Below, piece after piece: positions 29,270 through 39,403 of a stretch of DNA of 40,519 nucleotides. Made by a program: the position numbers and the translations under genes. How positions within the stretch are numbered: position 1 is the first letter of the stretch; each line of letters opens with the position of its first letter. A model generated the notes under the pieces. That model saw nothing but the letters and a program-made list of their open reading frames with translations, did no database searches and had not been told where the DNA came from. Source of the DNA: a virus (lineage: Duplodnaviria; Heunggongvirae; Uroviricota; Caudoviricetes); IMG/VR virus record IMGVR_UViG_2872185964_000011. The stretch is one strand, 5' to 3'.

Positions 29270-31257
29270 ATGAACGCTGAAACTATTAAAGATTTCCTCG
29301 TCTCGCTTGGCTTCAGTGTGGATGATGCTGGAGCAAAAAAATTCGGTTCTGTCCTCGCCGGTACAACTGCAAATGTCATCAAAATGGGGTTGGCCGTTGA
29401 AGGAGCTGCACTGTCCGTGGTGGCCTTTACGGCTAAGATTGCCTCCGGCCTGGATAATCTTTACTGGGCGTCACAGCGCACTGGCGCGACAGTCCAGGGA
29501 ATTCAGTCTATTGGATATGCGGTTTCGCGGGTTGGCGGCAGCGTGGACGCTGCGCGATCTTCTCTGGAAAGCCTCTCCCGGTTTATTCGTAACAATCCCG
29601 GTGCAGAGGGATTTCTGAATCGCCTGGGGTACAGACACGGGATGCCAGCGGTAACATGCGTGACATGGCCGCTATTTTTACAGGTGTAGGCCAGAAGCTC
29701 AGCGGCATGCCGTATTACCGGGCTAACCAGTATGCGCAGATGCTGGGCATTGACGAAAATACCCTTATGGCGATGCGCCGGGGTGTGGGTGGTTTCTCCG
29801 GGCAGTACAGCGCAATGGCGAAAGCTATCGGCTTCAATGCTGAAGAGGCGGCCAGAAGCTCCAACAAATTTATGACCTCCCTGCGTGAGTTTAGCGCGAT
29901 GGCAGGCATGGCCCGTGACAAAATCGGCTCTAATCTTGCGGGTGGGCTTGCGGGTTCGCTGGACACCCTGCGCCGCCATATCCTGGACAACTTCCCGCGT
30001 ATCGAGCAGACCCTGACGAAAGCCATAAAAGGCATTCTGGCGCTCGGGGATATTATCGGGCGGCTGTTCTTCAGACTGATTGAAGGAACATCAAGCCTCA
30101 TCACCTGGTGGCAATCGCTGGATAAGCAAACGCGGGAGTTGATCTCGCTGTTTGGCGCACTGACGATTGCGCTGCGCATTCTGAACAGTACGTTCTGGAT
30201 GTCGCCGATTGGCCTCATTACCGCGCTGGCGGCGGGGATTGCCCTCCTGTGGGAGGACTATCAGACCTGGAAGGAAGGCGGCGACAGCCTGATTGACTGG
30301 GGCAAGTGGAAACCGGAGGTTGATGCCGCGCTGAAGATGGTTCGTGACCTTAAAACGACCGTTAACGACCTGGTGAAAGCGCTGGCGAAACTGCTCAATA
30401 TTGACCCCAAATCATGGTCCCTGAAGTGGGATTTCAGCAACTTCATCGACCAGATGGGCGAATTCAGCAAAATGCTGAACATGATCGCCGACCTGCTCAA
30501 CGCTATCAAAGATGGCCGCTGGGTTGATGCCGTCAGCATCGGCAAACAGATACTTAATCAGGGCAGCGAAAATCCGTCAGCGATGCCGATAGTTACAGAC
30601 AGCGCTAACAGTACTGCCGACTGGATTAAAGAGCACTGGGGATTCGATCCCCGCAGCGTGGGCCGGACGGTACGCGGCTGGTTTGGTGATGATGAGCCGG
30701 AACAATATGCACAGGCTACGAAACGAGGAGAACGGAATAACAATCCGGGAAACCTTAATTTTGCTGGTCAGGCAGGGGCTTCTCTTGAACGCCCGGGCGG
30801 GCGATTTGCCAGATTTGAAACTGCTTTTGATGGATTACGGGCTCTTGCTCGTCAGTTAATGCTGTACGCCGGACGGGGAATAAACAGTGTGGAGAAAATT
30901 ATCTCTACCTGGGCACCTGCGTCTGATAATAACAACACAACTGCGTATATCAGGGCTGTATCGCAACGACTGGGAGTGGATCCCCGGGCTGCCCTGAATA
31001 TGAGCGAGCCGCAAACCATGTCAGCATTGATGAGCAGCATTATCCAGCATGAAAATGGAAGAAATATCTATTCCCGAGAGCTGATTAATAAGGCTGCCGT
31101 GGCGGGAATTAGTGGCAAAATGACAGAGGTTAATCAGCAAAATACTTACCACATTTACGGTGGCGGAGATCCGCACGCTGTCGGTAATGAGGTTGCACGT
31201 CGGCAACAGTCTGCAAATGCTCAGGTCATGCGAAGTAATCAGGTGAGGGTGGGTTAG
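29270..31257 (+). CDS. tail tape measure protein, frame broken at G-run 29626-29629
   Basis: adding one G gives ...FLNRLGVQTRDASGNMRDMAAIFTG...; long helical protein. Confidence 0.75.
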
Positions 31258-31922
31258 TGGATATTCTCTCTACACTTTTTCATCAGCAGAGCAGAAAAAT
31301 AGGAATGATTGTTCCCAGTGTTGTTATTTCAGAGAAGCATACAGATATGCTTGAAATAACAGAGCATCCGGTAGAGGTCGGGGCTGCTGTCGCTGATCAT
31401 GCCTATAAAAAACCGTCAGAAGTGGTGATGGAGGTTGGTTTCGCCGGTGGCGGCGCATTGCTGGATTTTGCCAGTAATCTGACAGCTACCAGCCTGCTCG
31501 GCCTGAGTCCTCAGCAGACGTATCAGGAGCTACTGGATCTGCAGGAAAGCCGTATCCCCTTCGATGTGGTAACCGGTAAACGACTGTACAGCAACATGTT
31601 GATCCGGGCGCTGGAAGTGACGACGGACAAGACAACCGAAAACGTCCTGTCCGCCGTTCTTACCCTGAGGGAGGTCCTTATCTCCCGGACACAGCAGATT
31701 ACCGTCGCGGATAAAACCAATATGAAGGAAGGGGCCAGCACCTCGGCGGTACAGAACAGCGGCAACAAAACCACAAAACCTCCAGATACTTCACTGCTGA
31801 AAAGCATCACGGGTAACGTGGCGTCATTACTGGGGGCGGCTAATGACAATTCAGGAAATTCCGCTGACAGCGGACAACCAGCAGTTCAGCATCGTCCTGG
31901 GTGGTGTCACCTGGCGGATTAG
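31257..31922 (+). CDS. hypothetical tail/baseplate protein; true stop probably at 31841-31843
   Basis: if one G is missing in the G-run 31832-31836 the protein ends ...SLLGGG at a TAA overlapping the next ATG. Confidence 0.45.
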   Translation: MDILSTLFHQQSRKIGMIVPSVVISEKHTDMLEITEHPVEVGAAVADHAYKKPSEVVMEVGFAGGGALLDFASNLTATSLLGLSPQQTYQELLDLQESRIPFDVVTGKRLYSNMLIRALEVTTDKTTENVLSAVLTLREVLISRTQQITVADKTNMKEGASTSAVQNSGNKTTKPPDTSLLKSITGNVASLLGAANDNSGNSADSGQPAVQHRPGWCHLAD

Positions 31923-32145
31923 CATCATATGGCGCGATCTTTACTGGATTATGGACCTGCTGAATGACAGAGGGGAGCCGGTAATCTCCGGTATTCCTCT
32001 CGTCACTGGCGCTGATCTGCTGGCGCAGTACGCCTGTATGGGACTTGGTTTTAAGCTGTTGGTGGTCTGTGATGACAACACACAGGATTATCCCACGAAA
32101 ACTGACCTGGGCGGGCGCAGTCATTTACTGGTATCAACGGAGTAA
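31843..32145 (+). CDS. hypothetical tail/baseplate protein
   Basis: 100-aa ORF MTIQEIPLTADNQQFSIVLGGVTWRISIIW... Confidence 0.5.
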   Translation: MTIQEIPLTADNQQFSIVLGGVTWRISIIWRDLYWIMDLLNDRGEPVISGIPLVTGADLLAQYACMGLGFKLLVVCDDNTQDYPTKTDLGGRSHLLVSTE

Positions 32146-32147
32146 GC

Positions 32148-33208
32148 ATGTCACAGAACTGGATGAGACATTTCGAGCTGCAGCTTGTGGACGGGAACGG
32201 TCAGGGAATTGAGCTAAGTGATTTCAAAGTCACCTTTACGATCGACTGGTTCAACATCAGCAGCGCGTCCCGGGTAGGGACTATCAAAATTTATAACCTT
32301 TCGGCAGATACTGTGAACCGAATTACCGGGCAGGAGTTTTCGAAAGTGCGTCTGATTGCGGGTTACGACGGTATCGCTCCGGAGGTGTCGGCAAGCGACG
32401 TCGGGACAGTGCGGGAAGTTGACGCGGCGAACGTGGGCCAGAGTAATGGTCGCAACTACGGACTGATTTTCAGCGGTGAAATTCGCTACTCGGTCACAGG
32501 AAAAGACAGTCCGGTTGATTCCTACGTCCTGATTCAGGCAGCAGATACTGATCTGGCTTTTGCCACCAGTATAACCTCACAGACGCTGGCTGCCGGTTAC
32601 ACGGTCGCTGATGTGAACCGTGCGCTGATGAAAGACTTCGAAGCCAAAGGTGTGACCGAAGGCCTGACGCCTGAAATGCCTGCTACTGTATTCCCCCGGG
32701 GCGGGTGCTCTTTGGCATGACGCGGCATCTAATGGATAACGTAGCCGAGCAATGTGGCGCAACATGGCAATTCGTGGACGGTCAGCGCCAGATGGTGGCG
32801 ACTAATGAATATGTTCACGAAGCGATTGTGCTCAACAGTGCTACCGGGCTTATTGGCATGCCGCAGCAGACCATCGGCAACGGCGTAAACGTCCGCGCTC
32901 TTATTAATCCGAACATCCGGGTTAACGGGCTCATTCAGCTGGATCAGGCTTCCGTCTATCGTACCGCGTTGTCGAACAACGATATTGCGATGGCTGGTGG
33001 TCAGATCACCGACCAGAACACGGACGGAAATATCACGCTCAGCGGCACCACATCGCAGCCTGCCAGCATCGCAACGGATGGCGTTTATATTGTGCGCGGG
33101 ATTATGTACAGTGGCGATACAAGGGGCCAGGCGTGGTACATGGATATGATGTGCGAAGCGCGTGGCGCGGCGGATCTGTATACGCAATCGGCTTTGCAAA
33201 GGGGATGA
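32148..33208 (+). CDS. baseplate hub / late-control-D-like tail protein, frame broken at 32693-32705
   Basis: two ORF-track pieces (190 and 167 aa) join across a C5/G4 run; position upstream of spike protein. Confidence 0.55.
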
Positions 33209-33211
33209 GCA

Positions 33212-33553
33212 ATGAGGGGTATTATTTTTCTGTTAGCTGTCTTTTCTGCGTGCAGCGCGTGGGCGGATGGCTTCACGGTTAAATGCGGTGGCTACACTAT
33301 GGTTGCAAACCAGGGCGAGTTATCGACAATCAACGGTGAAAAAGTTACCTCTCAAAAAATCACCGAACTGGGTACCAATGGTTTGAAAGTAGACATGGGG
33401 CTTATGCCTGCCAAAGACGGTAACAACTACGGCTTTGAATACATTCGTCGCCCTGGTACCGAAACGCGATTCCTGAATGTCCAACTGCTGCAGAACAGCA
33501 TGGATGCGCCGAAAATCATCGGTTCCTTTCCATGCAAAAAGATTGTTGATTAA
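33212..33553 (+). CDS. secreted small protein of unknown function (moron gene)
   Basis: 113 aa; signal peptide MRGIIFLLAVFSACSAWA; two Cys in the mature part; wedged between hub and spike genes. Confidence 0.55.
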   Translation: MRGIIFLLAVFSACSAWADGFTVKCGGYTMVANQGELSTINGEKVTSQKITELGTNGLKVDMGLMPAKDGNNYGFEYIRRPGTETRFLNVQLLQNSMDAPKIIGSFPCKKIVD

Positions 33554-33570
33554 TCACTCGTAATTATAAT
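33543..33570 (+). promoter_or_regulatory. sigma70-like promoter candidate for the 33607 gene
   Basis: TTGTTG, 16-bp spacer, TATAAT, about 37 nt upstream of the ATG. Confidence 0.4.
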
Positions 33571-33606
33571 GTGATACTTCTACTTTCACGATAAGGAATT
33601 TGTCGC

Positions 33607-33846
33607 ATGTTCGGATTTGATAAATTAATAACTCCAAAAATCATCAACGTTCTGTATGGCATCACAATGTTACTTCTGGTTGTTGCCGCCATTATAACGT
33701 TTGTTAATGGGAAGGCTGCTGGCGCTTTAGTGCTTTTGTTATGTGCTGTATTTTGCCGAATATTCTTTGAGTGCATCATGGTTTCATTTAAAAACAATGA
33801 GTATCTTCGCCGAATAGCTGAAGCGTTAGAAGCAAACAAGCAGTAA
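33607..33846 (+). CDS. small two-helix membrane protein of unknown function (moron gene)
   Basis: 79 aa with two hydrophobic helices; AAGGAA RBS; followed by a strong terminator. Confidence 0.55.
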   Translation: MFGFDKLITPKIINVLYGITMLLLVVAAIITFVNGKAAGALVLLLCAVFCRIFFECIMVSFKNNEYLRRIAEALEANKQ

Positions 33847-33863
33847 TGAAACTTCAATAATGA

Positions 33864-33888
33864 ACCCGCCACCCGGCGGGTTTTTTGC
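33864..33888 (+). terminator. rho-independent terminator
   Basis: CCCGCC-accc-GGCGGG hairpin followed by TTTTTT. Confidence 0.7.
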
Positions 33889-33905
33889 TTTCTGGAGCCT
33901 ACTAA

Positions 33906-34657
33906 ATGGCAGTATCTGACCAGACCCGCAGCGGCGACCTTGCCGAAACATTCAAATCTGAACGGGAAACAACAAAGAACCAGATCCGTGTCGCCTTGCC
34001 TGGCATTGTTCAGTCATTCGATCCCGACGCGGTGACGGCGGTTGTGCAGCCAGCTATCCGTTCGGTTGAAAAGGATAACGACGGTAACCGCATTACCAAA
34101 AATTACCCGTTGCTGGTGGATGTGCCAGTGGTATTTCCGCGCGGCGGAGGCTGTACGTTGACTTTTCCGGTTAAAGCCGGGGATGAGTGTCTTGTCGTTT
34201 TTGCCGATCGTTGTATTGATTTCTGGTGGCAGAGCGGTGGGATACAGGAGCCGGTCGATGACAGAATGCATGATTTATCGGATGCGTTTTGTATTGTCGG
34301 TCCCCAGTCGCAGGCGAGGAAGATTAGCGGTATTAATACCAGTGCCACACAGTTGCGTAGTGACGACGGCAGCACCTATTTTGAGCTTAATCCTGATACC
34401 CGGAAAATTAAAATTGTCGTCCCGGGTGGTCTTGATGTGGTTGCCCCTCTGGCTGATTTTTCTGAGAAAGTAACCATTCATGGCCTGTTAACCTGGATGG
34501 GGGCATGGTGGGGTCTGTTGTTTCTGGTGTGGCTTCAAAAATCACTGGTGCTGTTGAGTTCTTGGGGAGCGTTAAGGCTAACGGCAAGCCAATCGATGAT
34601 ACGCACACTCATGGCGGTGTTCAGCGCGGTGGAAGCAATACCGATGGGGTAAACTGA
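33906..34657 (+). CDS. baseplate spike protein (gpV / Mu gp45-like), frame broken near 34481-34505
   Basis: -1 frame gives C-terminus ...GSVVSGVASKITGAVEFLGSVKANGKPIDDTHTHGGVQRGGSNTDGVN ending at a TGA overlapping the next ATG. Confidence 0.6.
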
Positions 34658-35010
34658 TGCGATACAGACGTGAAGACGCCGATGGTGATTACACCTTTGG
34701 CAGCGGTGATGACACCTGGCTGATTAACTCACCGGAGGCCGTGGCGCAGGCGGTAAAAACGCGATTCGAATTGTGGTATGGGCAATGGTTTCTCGACACC
34801 ACCGAAGGGACTCCATGGATCCAGTCCGTGCTGGGCAGGCAGAAGCCGGAAACCTACAACCTGGCGATCCGTAAGCGCATTCTGGAAACGCAGGGCGTTA
34901 AATCAATCCTCTCTTTCAATACGACGGTGGATACCACGACCCGACGTGTCATGTTTTCCGCTGAAATCGACACTCTTTATGGAATAACGACTGTTACATC
35001 GGAGGCGTAA
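34657..35010 (+). CDS. baseplate protein (gpW / Mu gp46-like candidate)
   Basis: 117-aa ORF between spike and J-like genes. Confidence 0.5.
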   Translation: MRYRREDADGDYTFGSGDDTWLINSPEAVAQAVKTRFELWYGQWFLDTTEGTPWIQSVLGRQKPETYNLAIRKRILETQGVKSILSFNTTVDTTTRRVMFSAEIDTLYGITTVTSEA

Positions 35011-36208
35011 TGGCTCTGAACCTTGATTCTCTCGGTTTATCTGCAAAGGTAACCGCGGAGGGGATCAGTGCGCCTGATTATCAGACGATACTCAGCACCC
35101 TGATTAGCTATTTTCAGCAGATTTATGGTAGTGATGCCTACCTCGAACCGGACAGCAAAGACGGTCAGATGGTGGCTCTGATGGCGCTGGCGATTCATGA
35201 TGCCAATAATACGGCGATAACTGTCTACAACTGTTTTTCACCGGCAACCGGCTATGGGGCTGCACTGACCAGTAACGTGAAAATAAATGGTATTTCACGT
35301 AAAGGCGCGACGAACTCTACGGTTGATTTGCTTCTTACAGGAACTGCCGGAACAACCATCATTAATGGCAGCGTGAAAGACAGTAATAATGTGATATGGC
35401 GTTTGCCTGCTTCAGTGGTGGTAGGCGTGGATGGTACAGTGATGGTGACCGCAACATGTTCCGTCAGTGGTGCAGTGGCGGCGCTGGCTGGAACTATCAC
35501 TGAAATTAATACGCCAACCCGTGGCTGGGTTTCGGTAACCAATCCTGCTGCAGCCACTGTGGGCACTCCGGCAGAAACTGATGCGGAGTTACGTATCCGC
35601 CAGTCGCAAAGTGTTGCGTTGCCATCAATAACCCCATTTGAAGCACTGGATGGTGCTGTTTCTAATGTTGCCGGTGTAACACGCCACAAACTCTATGAAA
35701 ATGATACTGGTTCGGAGGACGGTAACGGGTTACCGCCACACTCTGTTGCTGTGATTGTGGATGGCGGTGATGTGACGGATATTGCTCAGGCTATCAGAGG
35801 GAATAAAGGTCAGGGGACAGCCACTCACGGTACAACATCCGTTACGGTTCCGGATAAATACGGCAATCCCCATGTAATCAAGTTCTCGCGTTCCAGTGAT
35901 GTACCTGTTTATGCCCAGATCAAATTAAAAGTTTTTACGGGTTATACCTCACAGATAGGGCAGCAGATCCAGCAGGCTATTTCCGACTATATCAATAGTC
36001 TGACGATTGGTGATTCGATCCTTTTGAGTCGCATTTACTCACCGGCAAATCTTGGCGTGGTGAGTGGCGGGAATGCACGCTATTACGATATTCAGGAACT
36101 GACGATTGGGAAATCCCCGGGGCTTTGTCGCCATCAAACATTGATATCAGATATAACGAATCTGCGTCCTGTACCCCGGAAAATATCGTTATAACGGTGG
36201 AGTCATGA
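35010..36208 (+). CDS. baseplate J-like protein, frame broken near 36108-36122
   Basis: -1 frame gives natural C-terminus ...[28 protein letters not shown] with a TGA overlapping the next ATG. Confidence 0.6.
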
Positions 36209-36885
36209 GCAAATACACCGAACTAATCACGAACTACCACGCCACCAAACCTAAATTTCTTGCACATGTTGATCTGATGACCCGGCCGCTTATTGATGTT
36301 GCGGCTGCCACCAGCGGGCTGATTACTGCATTTGATATTGACTCTGCGGTTGGTGTGCAACTTGACATTCTGGGATTGTGGATCGGACGTAGCCGTGTTG
36401 TCAGCCAGCCTATTTCAGGTGTCTATTTCAGCTTGGATACCGACGGGCTTGGATATGATCAGGGGGTATGGCAGGGACCATACGATCCTGATTCCGGATA
36501 CATGTACCTCAGCGATGAAACTTATCGTGTCATTCTTAAAGCGAAGATTGCGATTAATAACTGGGATGGACGGAATGATTCGCTTCCGGCAATTCTTGAC
36601 GCTGCAACAGCAGGATCCGGGCTGCGAATGCAGATAGTCGATAACCAGGACATGACGATATCGGTCTGGGTCTTTCCTGATACTGATATTTCAGATGTAT
36701 CGCGTGAGTTAATTGCGGCAATTAAACAGGGGTATCTCACAGTTAAAGCCGCCGGGGTATGGGCGGGTGGCATTGAAACACCTTCGGTGGAAACTCCATC
36801 GGAAGGTTCAAAATTTTTTGGTTTTGATATGGATAACGAATTTATCAGTGGTTTTGATGTAGGGGCATGGGGAGTATTACTCTGA
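36205..36885 (+). CDS. baseplate/tail protein (gpI / Mu gp48-like candidate)
   Basis: 226-aa ORF; stop overlaps the tail fibre start. Confidence 0.5.
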   Translation: MSKYTELITNYHATKPKFLAHVDLMTRPLIDVAAATSGLITAFDIDSAVGVQLDILGLWIGRSRVVSQPISGVYFSLDTDGLGYDQGVWQGPYDPDSGYMYLSDETYRVILKAKIAINNWDGRNDSLPAILDAATAGSGLRMQIVDNQDMTISVWVFPDTDISDVSRELIAAIKQGYLTVKAAGVWAGGIETPSVETPSEGSKFFGFDMDNEFISGFDVGAWGVLL

Positions 36886-37981
36886 TGGCAAAAAATGACT
36901 TTAAAACATTCGCAACGGGTAAAAATGCCAATGTTATGTCGCAGGAGGAATGGGAAGCGTTGCCTGCGCTTTTATCCGGATTTACAGCAGGGAAAGCATC
37001 CAGTGCGCAAGTCAATAAGGTTATTCGGCAGGCCAGCTTTATTGCATCTGCAATAGCACAATATACAGCAAATGAAAGTGGACTGGATGTACAGGACGAT
37101 GGCGATCAGGCCGGCTTTATCGCAAAAATGTCGTCTGCATTAGATAAGAACTATCAGAGAATTAATGCCATACTTACCGCACTTGCTAATCTTTCAGCAT
37201 CCGAAAACAAATTACCGTATTTTACCAATCAAGATACCGCTAATTTGGCTGACCTGACACAGGTTGGGCGAGATATTTTGGCAAAAAGCTCTGTTGCTGA
37301 TGTCCTTAAATATCTTGGTTTGGAAAATAATTCGACCTTTCCTGTAGGTGCCCCGATCCCGTGGCCATCAGATACAGTTCCATCTGGTTATGCTCTGATG
37401 CAGGGACAGACTTTTGACAAGTCTGCATACCCGAAACTTGCAGCCGCTTATCCGTCAGGCGTGATCCCTGATATGCGTGGCTGGACAATCAAAGGTAAGC
37501 CTGCAAGTGGACGTGATGTTCTTAGCCAGGAACAGGACGGCATTAAATCGCACACCCACAGCGCCAGTGCTTCAAATACAGATTTAGGGACAAAAAACAC
37601 ATCATCGTTTGATTATGGAACTAAATCTACGAATAACACTGGTGCGCATACCCATAGCGTTAGCGGAACAGCAGCTTCAGCAGGTGCACATACGCATCCG
37701 ATATCTCAGGGGATAATGCTAACGTTAGCTCCGGTAGAGTAGCTTCGTCGAACTCTGCTCAAACTCACTTAGGTGCAACGAATTCTGCTGGCGCGCATAC
37801 CCACTCAGTATCAGGTACTGCAGCAAGTGCTGGGGCGCATACACATACTGTCGGTATTGGTGCTCATACGCACTCCGTTGCGATTGGCTCACATGGACAC
37901 ACCATCACCGTTAACGCTGCTGGTAACGCGGAAAACACCGTCAAAAACATCGCATTTAACTATATTGTGAGGCTTGCATAA
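36885..37981 (+). CDS. tail fibre protein, frame broken at G-run 37709-37712
   Basis: repeated GAHTHS motifs; -1 frame continues through more of them to ...[11 protein letters not shown], a tail-fibre C-terminus I recognise. Confidence 0.75.
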
Positions 37982-38553
37982 TGGCATTCAGAATGAGTGA
38001 ACAATCACGAACCATCAAAATTTATAATCTGCTGGCCGGAACTAATGAATTTATTGGTGAGGGTGACGCATATATTCCACCTCATACAGGTCTGCCAGCA
38101 AACAGTACCGATATTGCACCGCCAGATATTCCTGCAGGCTTTGTGGCTGTTTTCAACAGTGATGAGGCATCGTGGCATCTCGTTGAAGACCATCGGGGTA
38201 AAACCGTCTATGACGTGGCTTCCGGCGACGCGTTATTTATTTCTGAACTTGGCCCATTACCGGAAAATGTCACCTGGTTGTCGCCGGATGGGGAGTTTCA
38301 GAAGTGGAACGGCACAGCTTGGGTGAAAGATGCAGAAGCAGAAAAACTCTTCCGGATCCGGGAGGCGGAAGAGAAAAAGACAAGATTAATCCAGGAAGCG
38401 ACTGATAACATAACAATTCTGCAGGATGCTGTTAATTTTGAAATGGCAACTGATGAGGAAATCTCGATGCTATCTTCCTGGAAAAAATACCGGGTATTAG
38501 TGAGTCGGATTGATATAAATACAGCCCCGGATATCGTATGGCCAGAGCTGTGA
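37981..38553 (+). CDS. tail fibre assembly protein
   Basis: 190 aa directly after the fibre gene; C-terminal ...[10 protein letters not shown] typical of this family. Confidence 0.7.
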   Translation: MAFRMSEQSRTIKIYNLLAGTNEFIGEGDAYIPPHTGLPANSTDIAPPDIPAGFVAVFNSDEASWHLVEDHRGKTVYDVASGDALFISELGPLPENVTWLSPDGEFQKWNGTAWVKDAEAEKLFRIREAEEKKTRLIQEATDNITILQDAVNFEMATDEEISMLSSWKKYRVLVSRIDINTAPDIVWPEL

Positions 38554-38563
38554 TTAAACGGAA

Positions 38564-39109
38564 TTATGTGTGAGATGAGTTATAAATAATTTCAGAGTGA
38601 AATTTAGTAATGAATGTGGAGTCATCAGGAATGTCATGCAGTACCAATGCATGAGCTCCTATTTTTACATTATTCCCTATATGCACTTTGCCACCAAGGA
38701 TGGTGGCGTTACAGCCAATGGTTACATTATTTCCTATGACAATATCCATATCATTAAATTCACCGCGAAGTCCAATAGTTACCCCTGGCTTAATTGAACA
38801 ATTTTCACCTATTGTAACTTTGTGACCGATAACAACGCCATTGAGATAAGATATGTCGAACCCTTTACCAATATTTACAGTTAAGGGAACGGTTACATTG
38901 TATTTATCAAGAATGAAGCGTTCTATTTTTCCTGCAATCTTTCGCCGGTATCCTCCTTTATCAAAAAGATATTTTGCTACGCGCCACCAAAATAAATAAC
39001 GTAATCTTCTGTGTTTTATTGCGCGAACAATTGCTTTTCGCCAGGAGAAAGGGCGTTTATAACCTATTACTTCATAGTGTATACAGTTTTTAAGTTCACT
39101 AATATTCAT
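38564..39109 (-). CDS. hexapeptide-repeat acetyltransferase (serine-acetyltransferase-like left-handed beta-helix fold); cargo gene
   Basis: 181 aa with tandem hexapeptide repeats (VIGHKVTIGENCSIKPGVTIG...IGNNVTIGCNATILGGKVHIGNNVKIGAHALVL); AT-rich; antisense to tail genes. Confidence 0.7.
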   Translation of the reverse strand: MNISELKNCIHYEVIGYKRPFSWRKAIVRAIKHRRLRYLFWWRVAKYLFDKGGYRRKIAGKIERFILDKYNVTVPLTVNIGKGFDISYLNGVVIGHKVTIGENCSIKPGVTIGLRGEFNDMDIVIGNNVTIGCNATILGGKVHIGNNVKIGAHALVLHDIPDDSTFITKFHSEIIYNSSHT

Positions 39110-39190
39110 ATGTCTATTATTCAGTAAAGATAATTCTGTAACTTATTATTATATTAAGTTTAATGAGATTTTTCTACAGTTTACTGTCTT

Positions 39191-39322
39191 ACTCTCACGC
39201 CGGAGCAATGGGCGCAGGCTGGACGACAAATTGCATCAGGAGTTTCTCGCCAGAAAATGGCGATCATCTATGATGTTGGCGTATCGACTTTGTATAAGAA
39301 GTTTCCGGTCGGAGATGAATGA
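39191..39322 (+). pseudogene. 3'-terminal remnant of a Gin/Pin/Hin-family DNA invertase gene (HTH domain only)
   Basis: own translation TLTPEQWAQAGRQIASGVSRQKMAIIYDVGVSTLYKKFPVGDE resembles the Gin/Hin C-terminus; upstream is AT-rich with no catalytic domain. Confidence 0.6.
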
Positions 39323-39403
39323 AACCGTGGCACGTCGTATGCAAGAACGTGCCACGGCTGGCTGATAAGCTTGTAAAAATCTTGAACAGGGAGTGGAGCA
39401 TTT

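Noticed and set aside
37773-37970. 65-aa ORF after the tail fibre gene
   Set aside because: It is out of frame with the real continuation of the fibre gene, which reads through the GAHTHS repeats to ...[11 protein letters not shown] in the -1 frame.
2066-37981. Frame breaks as evidence of a decaying cryptic prophage
   Set aside because: All breaks have the same direction and sit at short homopolymers, and regulatory and lysis genes are intact; systematic deletion-type sequencing error explains this better, although real decay cannot be excluded without reads.
38564-39109. Phase-variable capsule O-acetyltransferase with 5' heptanucleotide repeats
   Set aside because: The 5' end of the acetyltransferase gene has no tandem heptanucleotide repeat tract, so that specific mechanism is not supported.
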